64,000 nucleotides of DNA, taken from an archaeon (GTDB lineage: Archaea > Iainarchaeota > Iainarchaeia > Iainarchaeales > JAAZKV01). Within the stretch, counting starts at the first letter, position 1. Every line of letters begins with the position of its first letter. The notes beneath the pieces were generated by a model. That model did not search any database. It was not told the DNA's origin and saw only the letters and a list, made by a program, of their open reading frames with translations. Where the stretch lies: contig JBAZYC010000001.1 in assembly GCA_041659525.1 (NCBI GenBank), positions 725,554 through 789,553 on the forward strand, in the 5' to 3' direction. Made by a program: the position numbers and the translations under genes. This document shows, one piece after another, positions 44,800 to 54,192 of this stretch.

Positions 44800-45384
44800 T
44801 CATGCTTTTTCATCAGCAAGCGCGATAGTTGAAACGTAGGTGCTTGAGTAATCATATACTTTGTCAGAGAATTCTTTTGCAAGATCAATTATTTTTTGAT
44901 CAGTGGATTCATTTATAGTAAAAATAATTGCAGAGTTTTCTTCGAGTCTAGTTTTGTTACTAAATAAGTGCAAGAATTTTCCAAGAACCTCTCTTTTATT
45001 ATAAATTGCCATTACATTTAGTGCATCAAAAATAATTACTGTTTCGCCAGGAACTTTTTTTTCTGCTCTTTCAACAGCTATTTGAATATTAGTTAAATCT
45101 GAAGCATTGTTTACTGAAATTATGCTTGAAAAATAAGTGTTTGGGTCTTTTGAAAAAGCATCAATTATTACTATTCTTCCAAAATAATTCTTATTTACTT
45201 TTTGAAGTATTTCTTCCCCCGGTCCGCTCATTGAAACAAATATAATAGAGTATTTTTTTTGAGCAAGAATAGTTTCAATTGCAAAATCAATTGAGGGTTT
45301 TAATTGTTTTTGGTTTAAAACAACAAGTGAAATGTTCTTGTCCAAATTGACAAGAGCTTCTTTCAAAAAGAAAACGTTTTGCAT
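44800..45384 (-). CDS. Inactive KaiC/RecA-fold protein (no Walker A)
   Basis: IIFVSM, IVIIDAFS, SDLTNIQIA, IIFDAL..M.IYN, FSDKV pattern. Confidence 0.7.
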   Translation of the reverse strand: MQNVFFLKEALVNLDKNISLVVLNQKQLKPSIDFAIETILAQKKYSIIFVSMSGPGEEILQKVNKNYFGRIVIIDAFSKDPNTYFSSIISVNNASDLTNIQIAVERAEKKVPGETVIIFDALNVMAIYNKREVLGKFLHLFSNKTRLEENSAIIFTINESTDQKIIDLAKEFSDKVYDYSSTYVSTIALADEKA

Positions 45385-45472
45385 ACTGAGATTAAGTGTT
45401 TTTCTTAATAAAAACCTTACTTGAAAACCCTCTAGTAATTAATAAATACCATTTAACTCCTTTATTCTTCTG

Positions 45473-48400
45473 ATGAACCCTCTAAGTAGTAATAAGGCAA
45501 TTTCTAATGCAAATAAAGAGTTAAACCAAAAAGGGCAAACAGCAATAGAGTTACTACTTATTCTTTCTGTTTGTGTGGTAGCTCTAGCAATAATTTATTC
45601 TCTTTATTACCAACAAGTAGATTTATCCAATTCTTCAAAAGAATTGACTACTTCTAAAAATACTATTCAGCGACTTATAAACACTGCTAATACTTTGTAT
45701 CTTTCAGGGGCTGGTTCAAAATCTCGTGTTTGGGTTGATTTACCTGATTCGTTAATAATGAGTGGAGCAAATATTATTGGGCGAGAAGTTTCGCTAAGAC
45801 TTTCAAACGGAACGGATATTTTTGGATCTTCTGATGTAAATTTTTTAGGGGATTGGAAAAAAAGGGATGGAAATTATATTACTGGGGGATATTATGCTAA
45901 TTTGGTTTTCAATGGAACTGTTGTAGAAATTTTTTATGATGATTTTGAAGTAAGTAATGAGAGTATTTACATTTCAGCAAAACAAGGCTCTACTACTCAA
46001 AAATCTTTTACAGTGCGGAATAATTCTTCTTACCCAGCGGTTTTTTGGTTGAGTTCAAATTTTTCTCATTCTCCTTTTGCTTCGATTTTAATTGAAACTA
46101 GTGATAGTTATTTTTCTCTCGCCTCAGGTGAATCAAAAATAATTGATTTTAATGTAGTGCTCGCTCTTGCAGCTTCAGGGAATTTTGCAGGAAATATTGA
46201 AATAATTGGTCAAATAAATGATGGATTAGTGGATACTAATATCACTAAATTTGTTTCTGTTTCAGTTGAATCTTTTTTAGAAATAAAAGAATTAATGGCT
46301 TATCCTAACTCAACTTCTTTCTCTTCTTTTTCAGGAATTTTAAATACAAAAAATTTTTCAATTTGCAATACTAGTTCAAATACTATTTCAGATATTACTT
46401 GGAGCAAAGACGGGAATGCTGATGCAAATGCATCAGGATGGTTTTCTCTTCCAACAATTACTAATATTGGGGCTAGTCAATGTACTTCTTTTGATTTAAA
46501 TATTTTAGTTCCAGTCGGAACTGCATCTATGTTGTATGATGCAAATATTACTGCTCATTATAATTCTTTAGCTTCTTCTACAAGCGCTTACATTTATGTT
46601 ACTGTTAATAATCCTTTAATTCCAAGTTCTTATTTCCTTTCAGTTACTCAAAATACTTTTCCAAACAATTATTCTAACTCAAATTTTGTTTCACAAAGAA
46701 CTGATGATAATTCTTGGGGGGCAACTGGGGAGATTGATTGGAATACTCAACTAGTAAATGCAATTTCTTCGCAAGCAAGAGCTTTGGGTTCTGATAATAA
46801 TGTTGCTGGTCTTTGGGACGCGAATTTAATTGCGGTTTATCACTTAGATGGAAATTTAGTTGATTCAAAAAATTCAAATGATCTTACTAACACGGGAAGT
46901 ACTCCAACAACTAGTGGGATGTTTGGATCGCTTGGTTATTCATTTAATGGTTCAAGTCAAAAATTATCAAAAACTTCAGGAGTTTCTTGGGATATTACTG
47001 GGACTCCAACTAAAAGTTATTCTTTTGGAGGGTGGTTTAAACCTTCTGTACTTAGTGGTATTTCAGGAATGTCTTTGTCTGCAACTGTTTCAGTAATAAG
47101 ACTTGCTTGTTCTAGTTCTTCAGGGGTTTGGATTATACAAAATGTTGCTGGTTATTCTAATGCCTCTGGTGGAGTTTGTGTAATAGGTAAATGGCAACAT
47201 ATATTTGGTACTTATGATAAAGATACTAATAGATTAACCCTTTACCAAAATGGGGTTAGAGTTGCAACAGCAATTGCAGATTATAATGGGAATAATACTG
47301 GTGCTACTGCTGACGGAATAAATATTGGTAATTCTCAAAATTATTTTGCAGGGGCTATTGATGAAGTACTTGCTTTTGACAAAACTCTTTCTGAAAGTCA
47401 AGTTCAAGCAATTTATGATTCTCAAAGAGCAAAATTTGATTCTAATTTAGTTGCTTATGTTAAGTTCAATGATTTTAATGGAACTAGTACTATTGAAGCT
47501 GCAAGGGGACTAACAGTTGGTTCCTATAATTCAACTGGATTCACTTCTGGAATGTGGGATTCTAATGCAGTTACACTTGATGGAACTAATGATCATGCAA
47601 TTATTTTTACAGGGCAGGATAATAATTTCAAATATAAGGGAGGGGATATGAGTATTTCTGTTTGGACTGTTCCATTTGCAGATACTGACGGGGGTTATTT
47701 AGTTTCAAAACCTTGGAATGCTGGAGGGGTGTATAATTATTGGGTTAAAGTTGCTGATAGAAATATTAATGTTGTTCTTTACGGGTCAAATGGAACAAGT
47801 ATAACAACCCCTTATGTATTGAACAATTTTCAATGGAATCAAGTGGTAATTGTTTTAACTTCTGATAGAAATATTTATACTTATGTTAATGGAGCTCTTG
47901 TGAATAGATTTCCACATTCTATTACTAATTGGACTACTATTCCTGGTGCAGGGGACATAAATACAAATTTAGCAATTGGATCAATTTATCCTTATGGTAC
48001 TTGGTCCGGGAGTACTACTCTTGCCTACAAAGGAATTATTGATGAAGTAAAAATGTATACAAAAGCTCTTACTCAAGCAGAAATAATTGCGGATTATAAT
48101 TCTTGGTTAGTGAACAAATTTGTTGATTCAAATATTATTGATTCGAATTCAACTGCTGATTGGAATTCAATTAGAGTAAACAAAACTGCTGGATATAATT
48201 TTGGAAAAGAGATTGAGGATTGGAATATTCTAAAATCAATGGGAATTAATGAACTTGGAAATAATGTTGATTCAAATTATTTGTACAATGATGTTAATCT
48301 AATTGGGTTATGGCATTTCAATGACAAAAATTCTAGTGGATGGGTTTTGAATTCAAAAACAAATTTAAGAGATGGAAATTTGTTTGGGAAGGCAGATGTT

Positions 48401-49813
48401 AATGGAGTTGGACTTTGGGACACTAATGCGGGGTTCTTTGATGGAAATGGTGATTATTTTGAAGCAGTAAATCGACAGGATTATAATGCAGGTAATAATT
48501 TTTCAATTTCAGCTTGGATTTATCCAAAAGCAAACGGGGCTGCAAATGGTGGGGATATTATTACAAAATTTTATTCAGCTAGTGTGCCTTATGTTTCTTA
48601 CGGATTAGAATTTCTAAGTACTAATGTACTCGCATTCGGTTCGGGTGCAACAGATAATTCTTACACAAATACTACTACTACTCCTGTTTTAACTTTGAAT
48701 AATTGGTATAATGTGGTTGCAACTTATGATGGTTCACTTAAGAAAATATATCTAAATGGAGTACTTGTTGATTCTGATTCTTATACAAAAACAATTATTT
48801 ACAATACAGGTAATGTTAATATTGGTTGTTGGACCGGGAATCTTTCTGGAAATTGTTTTAATGGTTATATTGAAGAGCCTTCAATTTGGAATCGTGTTTT
48901 ATCCGCTTCAGAAATTTCTGATTTATACACTTACCAAAAACCAATGTTTCAAAATGGTTTAATTGGTTTGTGGCATTTGAATGGAAACTTGAATGATTCG
49001 AGTGGGAACTCAAATAATGGTACTCTTAATGGAGGGAGTATAACTAATGGGTTGTGGGGTACTAATGCATATTTGTTTAATACTACCAATGATTATTTTA
49101 CAGTTGCCAATAGCACTAAATTAAATCCAAAAAGATTTGCTATTAGTGCTTGGATTTATCCTTATCAAAGAGATAAATTAATGCAAATATATTCGCATAG
49201 AGATTCAGCTAATACTGGAAGTGCTTTTTTATTAATTTCTTCAAATAACACAATAATGCTTGATACTTATAATACTAGTCAGAGTAGATTGAATCCAGCA
49301 AGCACTTTTTTAGATTCTATTGATGTTAACAAGTGGATTCATGTTGTTGCTGTTTCGGATGGGGCTAATAAGAGCATTTACAAAAATGGGGTTTTGTTTA
49401 ATAGTGCTGCTTGGGCTTTTGATACTAACACTGCTTCTTCAAATGTTTATATCGGCTCAGATTCACTTAACCCTAATACTTATAATTTTGTTGGAAAAAT
49501 AGAGGAAGTTGGGTTGTGGGAAAGAGGATTGAGTGCCGCCGAAGTAAAAGACCTTTATAGAAAAGGGGTTTCTAAACTCGATTTGAATGTTTATTCTTGC
49601 TCTGATGCGAGTTGTGTTACTAAAACTGGTTCGCAATATATTTCTGATGTGAATAATGGCCTCTGGACTTCTTTGAGTTCTAGTGTAACTAATTCGCGTT
49701 ACCTTGGAGTAGATGCTTTCTTTAAACCCTCAACTAGTTTTGCTGACCAAAACGCTAATATTTTTTGGACTGGGGCTTTCTTGAAAGATTTGAATGTATT
49801 CTTTTACAAGTAG
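45473..49813 (+). CDS. Large class III signal-peptide adhesin with four LamG/concanavalin A-like domains
   Basis: KGQTAIELLLIL prepilin motif; four repeats of L(I/V)x(Y/W)xxD/N...W.H/N(V/I)...Y.NG...G.I(D/E)E. Confidence 0.9.
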   Translation: MNPLSSNKAISNANKELNQKGQTAIELLLILSVCVVALAIIYSLYYQQVDLSNSSKELTTSKNTIQRLINTANTLYLSGAGSKSRVWVDLPDSLIMSGANIIGREVSLRLSNGTDIFGSSDVNFLGDWKKRDGNYITGGYYANLVFNGTVVEIFYDDFEVSNESIYISAKQGSTTQKSFTVRNNSSYPAVFWLSSNFSHSPFASILIETSDSYFSLASGESKIIDFNVVLALAASGNFAGNIEIIGQINDGLVDTNITKFVSVSVESFLEIKELMAYPNSTSFSSFSGILNTKNFSICNTSSNTISDITWSKDGNADANASGWFSLPTITNIGASQCTSFDLNILVPVGTASMLYDANITAHYNSLASSTSAYIYVTVNNPLIPSSYFLSVTQNTFPNNYSNSNFVSQRTDDNSWGATGEIDWNTQLVNAISSQARALGSDNNVAGLWDANLIAVYHLDGNLVDSKNSNDLTNTGSTPTTSGMFGSLGYSFNGSSQKLSKTSGVSWDITGTPTKSYSFGGWFKPSVLSGISGMSLSATVSVIRLACSSSSGVWIIQNVAGYSNASGGVCVIGKWQHIFGTYDKDTNRLTLYQNGVRVATAIADYNGNNTGATADGINIGNSQNYFAGAIDEVLAFDKTLSESQVQAIYDSQRAKFDSNLVAYVKFNDFNGTSTIEAARGLTVGSYNSTGFTSGMWDSNAVTLDGTNDHAIIFTGQDNNFKYKGGDMSISVWTVPFADTDGGYLVSKPWNAGGVYNYWVKVADRNINVVLYGSNGTSITTPYVLNNFQWNQVVIVLTSDRNIYTYVNGALVNRFPHSITNWTTIPGAGDINTNLAIGSIYPYGTWSGSTTLAYKGIIDEVKMYTKALTQAEIIADYNSWLVNKFVDSNIIDSNSTADWNSIRVNKTAGYNFGKEIEDWNILKSMGINELGNNVDSNYLYNDVNLIGLWHFNDKNSSGWVLNSKTNLRDGNLFGKADVNGVGLWDTNAGFFDGNGDYFEAVNRQDYNAGNNFSISAWIYPKANGAANGGDIITKFYSASVPYVSYGLEFLSTNVLAFGSGATDNSYTNTTTTPVLTLNNWYNVVATYDGSLKKIYLNGVLVDSDSYTKTIIYNTGNVNIGCWTGNLSGNCFNGYIEEPSIWNRVLSASEISDLYTYQKPMFQNGLIGLWHLNGNLNDSSGNSNNGTLNGGSITNGLWGTNAYLFNTTNDYFTVANSTKLNPKRFAISAWIYPYQRDKLMQIYSHRDSANTGSAFLLISSNNTIMLDTYNTSQSRLNPASTFLDSIDVNKWIHVVAVSDGANKSIYKNGVLFNSAAWAFDTNTASSNVYIGSDSLNPNTYNFVGKIEEVGLWERGLSAAEVKDLYRKGVSKLDLNVYSCSDASCVTKTGSQYISDVNNGLWTSLSSSVTNSRYLGVDAFFKPSTSFADQNANIFWTGAFLKDLNVFFYK

Positions 49814-49886
49814 TCTTCTTTTGAAGACTACAAGTAGTCTCCTTTGGAGAATACAAGTAGTAGTCCTTTTTTGGACTACAAGTAAG
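49805..49886. repeat. 4x TACAAGTA(G) with palindromic spacers at the adhesin stop codon
   Basis: Copies at 49805, 49829, 49852, 49877; spacers tcttc-tttt-gaaga, tctcc-ttt-ggaga, gtcc-tttttt-ggac. Confidence 0.85.
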
Positions 49887-49988
49887 TAAAAAACAGCTTT
49901 CCCTAAATATAAATAATGTGATTTTTGCTTTTTTTAGCTCTAAAAACCATTTTATATCAGAATTCCTTTAGTATAAACAGATTTAGGG

Positions 49989-51059
49989 TTGGTTTTGTTG
50001 AAAAAAAATGTTTTTAGAAAAAAAGGAAGAGCTCAATCCTCTCTTGAAACTCTGTTGATTCTAGCTACTGCTTTGTTTATTTTAACTGCACTTGTTTCAA
50101 TGGTTTATGATCAATTAGATTCAGGTAATTTACAGCAACAACAAAAAATGGGTTCAAATGTGTTAAGGACTCTTGCAAAAGAAATTGATGATACTTATTT
50201 TTTGGGCCCAGGGACAGTAAAAAATATTACTATTACAATACCTGGGATGGTTGATTATAATAAATCTTATATTGAAGGAAAAGGGCTTGTGCTTAATGTG
50301 GGGGGAAGTGATTTTGTTGCTTCGACAAAAATAGAAGCAAGAGGAATTTGGCCTAACACTAGCGGTTCTTATGTTTTTCAAATAACTGCTTATGATGATT
50401 ACGTTGGAGTATCAACTCAAGTAGTTAGTTTCAATCCTAGTCAAGTGAATGAAGTTATTCCTCAATTTAGTTCAACTGATGTTAATGTCTCTATTACAAG
50501 TAGTAGTAATAGTGATTTGAATTATTTAATAAATATTGAATTTCCTTCTAGTGGAGAAAATTTAGTAACCCTAACCTCAAGTTTGAGTTCAATTTTAGTT
50601 CCTGCTAATGCAAGCGCAATTGTTCCACTAACTTTGAATTGTGAGAGAGATTCTTTTGGTTCGTATAATGGAAAAATAGTTTTTGTCCCAGTTAATTCGA
50701 CTGATTTTAATGTTTCTGTTCCGATTGATCTTGTTTGTTCTTCTTCCCAAACAAAACTAGGGATTTACCCTATTTACAAATTAATTAATTCAGTTAAATT
50801 AATTTCTAGCACAGATTCTCTTCTTGTGTGTAATGGTTCTTCAGGAGATTTTTCAAATTCAGTAGTTTCTTTTACTGGGGAGGCTGCAAGGTATATTTTC
50901 TCGGATTTTAATGGAACGATTACTGCAGAGTCTTGTCGTTCACTTGATTTAATAATAAATCCAGTTCCTGATGCAAATAATTTTAGTGGAAAGATTTATG
51001 TTTATTCAAGTGGTTATTCTGCAGTAGCAGATTTGAATTTAGTGGTTAGCGTGAGTTAA
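49989..51059 (+). CDS. Class III signal-peptide (minor pilin-like) protein
   Basis: RAQSSLETLLIL; paralogous in layout to the N-terminal part of the 1446-aa adhesin. Confidence 0.85.
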   Translation: MVLLKKNVFRKKGRAQSSLETLLILATALFILTALVSMVYDQLDSGNLQQQQKMGSNVLRTLAKEIDDTYFLGPGTVKNITITIPGMVDYNKSYIEGKGLVLNVGGSDFVASTKIEARGIWPNTSGSYVFQITAYDDYVGVSTQVVSFNPSQVNEVIPQFSSTDVNVSITSSSNSDLNYLINIEFPSSGENLVTLTSSLSSILVPANASAIVPLTLNCERDSFGSYNGKIVFVPVNSTDFNVSVPIDLVCSSSQTKLGIYPIYKLINSVKLISSTDSLLVCNGSSGDFSNSVVSFTGEAARYIFSDFNGTITAESCRSLDLIINPVPDANNFSGKIYVYSSGYSAVADLNLVVSVS

Positions 51060-51071
51060 AGGGTTTTATTT

Positions 51072-51491
51072 ATGAATAATTTTGTTAAACATAAAAAGAA
51101 TACTCAAAAAGGACAATTGAGTTTTGAATTTATTATTACTGTAATTTTGATTTTGGGGATTTTTATTTATGGGTTATCTATTTTTCAAGCACGAAATGAT
51201 TTGAATTCTTCTTCTATTCAAAAATGGTCTTCTAATGAAATGGCTTGGAAGATTGCAAGAAATATTAATAATGTTTATTTGCTTGACGATAATTCTTCAA
51301 TAATGGATTATATTTATTGGAATGAAACTGGGGCCAGCGTTTCTGTTAACAGAGTCGTTCAGGTTTATTACGGAGAAAATTATTCTGATGCTCCACTTTT
51401 AACAAATATTGTCGATTGGAGAATAACTGACTTAAATGGAGCAATTTATTTTAAAAAAATAAATGGGAGAGTTGTAGTTGATTATTCTTAG
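51072..51491 (+). CDS. Minor pilin-like protein
   Basis: KGQLSFEFII class III signal peptide. Confidence 0.85.
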   Translation: MNNFVKHKKNTQKGQLSFEFIITVILILGIFIYGLSIFQARNDLNSSSIQKWSSNEMAWKIARNINNVYLLDDNSSIMDYIYWNETGASVSVNRVVQVYYGENYSDAPLLTNIVDWRITDLNGAIYFKKINGRVVVDYS

Positions 51492-51499
51492 TGATTTTT

Positions 51500-52135
51500 A
51501 TGAAATTTAAGAGAAATTTAAATGAAATCGGGCACCCGTTTTTGAACGAGTGTGGGCACCCGCCTTTGGGCGAGCGCGGGCGCTCCCTACTTAGTGAGCG
51601 CGGACAATCCCCTTTAGGGGATCGCGGGCAATTTTTCTCCCCTGACTTAGTTATTGCGGTAGGGGTATTTGTTTTTGGTTTAATGTTGTTTTTTAGTGCG
51701 AGTAATTCTGTTTTTGCCCAAGCAGAGTTATTTGATTCAAGAAAACAAGCGGATGAAGTAGCTCACTCGGTTTTGAATTCTTTAATTCTTTCACCAGGTT
51801 ATCCTAATGATTGGCAAAAGTATTCTCTAGATGATATTAATTCAATTGGTTTAGCTTCTACTCCTAATATGATTGATAGTAACAAAACAATTACTCTAAT
51901 AAATTGGTTAAATAATACTTCTACTTATTCCTCTTTAAAGCAAAAACTTGGTTTAGGCCCTTATGATATTTTCTTAAAAATTTCTACTGCTAGCGGAGAA
52001 ACCATTTTTGATTCTATTTCGCTTGGAGGAGGAGTAATCGCTTCAGACCCCCAACTCAAAATAGTTTATTCCAGAATAGTTTATTACAATAATGAATCAG
52101 TTATGCTAAATATTATTGTTTCACTTGAGAATTGA
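51500..52135 (+). CDS. Minor pilin-like protein with repeat-expanded signal peptide
   Basis: RGQFFSPDLVIA; SPGYPNDW motif. Confidence 0.82.
   Translation: MKFKRNLNEIGHPFLNECGHPPLGERGRSLLSERGQSPLGDRGQFFSPDLVIAVGVFVFGLMLFFSASNSVFAQAELFDSRKQADEVAHSVLNSLILSPGYPNDWQKYSLDDINSIGLASTPNMIDSNKTITLINWLNNTSTYSSLKQKLGLGPYDIFLKISTASGETIFDSISLGGGVIASDPQLKIVYSRIVYYNNESVMLNIIVSLEN
51518..51631 (+). repeat. GC-rich 24-bp (8-aa) tandem repeat in a prepilin leader
   Basis: gggcacccgtttttgaacgagtgt / gggcacccgcctttgggcgagcgc / gggcgctccctacttagtgagcgc / ggacaatcccctttaggggatcgc. Confidence 0.85.
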
Positions 52136-52140
52136 TTTTT

Positions 52141-52581
52141 ATGGATAAGAATATTTTTAACGCGAGAAAAGGTTTCATAATTACAGTGGATGCTTTTTTG
52201 AGTGTTACTCTTATTTTGCTTTTAGTGATACTTTCATTTTTCTATCTCTCAAGTACTTCGCTTGATTCTTGGAATGTTGTTGATTTGAAGAACATTGTTT
52301 TTGATTGTGCAAGTGTTCTTGAAAAAAGTCTTGCCCTAGAATCAGCGGTAAAGCAATCTTCTTCTGAAGGAATTTTATTAATTTTAAATAATACTCCTAA
52401 TAGGTATTGCTTTGAAGTTTCTGTACTTGATTCAACTAATCTTTCACCAATAATAACTGTGCTAAAAGCGGGGTGTGTTAAGTACTCGACCGAAATTATT
52501 TCTTACGAACGAGGACTAGTAGTAAAAACTGATATGGATACCTCTTTTTATCTTGCAAGAGTAGCGGGGTGGGTTAAGTGA
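52141..52581 (+). CDS. Minor pilin-like protein
   Basis: KGFIITVDAFLS class III-like leader. Confidence 0.8.
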   Translation: MDKNIFNARKGFIITVDAFLSVTLILLLVILSFFYLSSTSLDSWNVVDLKNIVFDCASVLEKSLALESAVKQSSSEGILLILNNTPNRYCFEVSVLDSTNLSPIITVLKAGCVKYSTEIISYERGLVVKTDMDTSFYLARVAGWVK

Positions 52582-53471
52582 GTAATCCTAAAAATAAATT
52601 AAAAAGTAAAGGAAATTTTGTGAGTAATTTTAAAAATTTCTTTTCAAACAAAGGTTTCCTTTTTACTATTTCAGTCATCATGTTTGCTTCCACTTTAGTT
52701 ATTTTTGCACAAAATTATTCTCAAATTAATTCATCAAGTGAGCAACAAATAATTGTTTCTACAAAACCACTAAATCTCTTAATGCTAAATGATGATGTTT
52801 CCTTTGATTTACAAAGGTTGCTTGGTTTAAGCATGGATTTTAATTCTTCTAACTTAGGTTCGTTAACAATTTCAGGGGTAATTGATTCAAGTGCGAATGT
52901 ATCAAGTGCACTTACTAATTATGAAACTTTTTTGAATAATGTTTTATTTCCAAGGATTGCGGGGGATCAAGTAATTGATATTTCTTCAATGAAAGACGGA
53001 AAAGCGGCGCTAAACTTTGGAAACAATTTGCTTCTTGATTACAATTATGGTAATAATATGGAGTTCTTATCTATTGGTAAACCTATTACTGGCCTTGACA
53101 TTGATTTGGATTCAACAGGGAGTACAATTGATTATACTTGGTTGGATAAGTCAACGGGTTCAGTTCCTGTTAGAATAAAGTACTCTAATGATTCTAATGG
53201 TTTTTATCTTTCTGAATCGCTTGATGCTAATGCTGTTTCAACTCTTCAAGTATTTTCTCCCGATGGAAATGTTTTGTTAGTATTTGGAAAAGTAACTTCA
53301 AGTGGAGTGGATTACAATTCTTCTTTTAGGATAAGTTCTCCGGGTAAAGTGAATTATTCTTTTACTGCAAATTATTCTAATTCAAACCCTCTTCCTGTTA
53401 AAATAAATGCTTCTATTAGAAATTCTTCTGAAAAGATTGATTCAAACTCTACTCTAGTACTTAGAAGATAA
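52578..53471 (+). CDS. Pilin-like protein
   Basis: KGFLFTISVIM leader followed by an S/N-rich beta domain. Confidence 0.75.
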   Translation: MSNPKNKLKSKGNFVSNFKNFFSNKGFLFTISVIMFASTLVIFAQNYSQINSSSEQQIIVSTKPLNLLMLNDDVSFDLQRLLGLSMDFNSSNLGSLTISGVIDSSANVSSALTNYETFLNNVLFPRIAGDQVIDISSMKDGKAALNFGNNLLLDYNYGNNMEFLSIGKPITGLDIDLDSTGSTIDYTWLDKSTGSVPVRIKYSNDSNGFYLSESLDANAVSTLQVFSPDGNVLLVFGKVTSSGVDYNSSFRISSPGKVNYSFTANYSNSNPLPVKINASIRNSSEKIDSNSTLVLRR

Positions 53472-53570
53472 ATAAAGTTCATTGAGCAGAGTTAGAGTTA
53501 ATTGCTATTTTTATTTAATTAACTTTTATTTTAGCTAGTCTTTTCTTAAGAAAAAAATTAAAAAAAGATT

Positions 53571-53593
53571 GGACTCCCAATGAAGGGAGGTCC
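53571..53593 (-). terminator. Hairpin + T-tract after the probable major pilin
   Basis: On the - strand ggacctccc-ttcatt-gggagtcc, then tctttttttaattttttt. Confidence 0.6.
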
Positions 53594-53609
53594 TTTCAAA
53601 AGAGATTAT

Positions 53610-54074
53610 TTATGCGCATGTTCCTACTAGATCCGCAGTTCCTTTTTGTACTTTGCTATTGATTGTTGTTGAATCGTATCCTATTTGGATATAATCCTTA
53701 GGGTATGAGTACTTTGAACCAGATGTGCAAGTAACAGCGATTGTCTTTGATATTGTTGCTCCGGGTGCTACGTTGTCTGAATCAGTTATATTTGAATCAG
53801 TTGCTGTGATGTTTAAATCATTAAAGTTCATTGATTCAAATGTATTGTTCTTCAGAACTATAGTCATTGAAGTAGTACTTCTTGTCCAGTCAACTATTGC
53901 CCATGGTTCTGCTGATTTCCATGCACTTTTAGCAGTTGTTTCTGGTATTCCGCTTCCTTGGTTCATTATTTGTAACAATAATCCTACTACTACTAGTGCG
54001 ATTACTACTACAATTGCTATGATTACCAAGTATTCAATTGTACCCTGTCCTTTTGTTTTATTTAGTGTTGCCAT
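53610..54074 (-). CDS. Probable major type IV pilin
   Basis: KGQGTIEYLVIIAIVVVIALVV; strong SD AAGGAGGT; own terminator. Confidence 0.88.
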   Translation of the reverse strand: MATLNKTKGQGTIEYLVIIAIVVVIALVVVGLLLQIMNQGSGIPETTAKSAWKSAEPWAIVDWTRSTTSMTIVLKNNTFESMNFNDLNITATDSNITDSDNVAPGATISKTIAVTCTSGSKYSYPKDYIQIGYDSTTINSKVQKGTADLVGTCA

Positions 54075-54192
54075 TTAGATAACCTCCTTTCGAGTTTTAT
54101 TACCAGATTAAAGGTTTTGGAAGTATTTAAATCTTATTGTGGGGAGCTATAGAGGGCTATAGGATTTGTATTCAAGAGTTTTGAATAATTTG

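Noticed and set aside
45473..49813. Diversity-generating retroelement target
   Set aside because: No reverse transcriptase and no template/variable repeat pair differing at adenines seen in the window
49805..49886. CRISPR array
   Set aside because: The repeat is only 8-9 nt, spacers are 14-16 nt and palindromic, and there are no cas genes in the window
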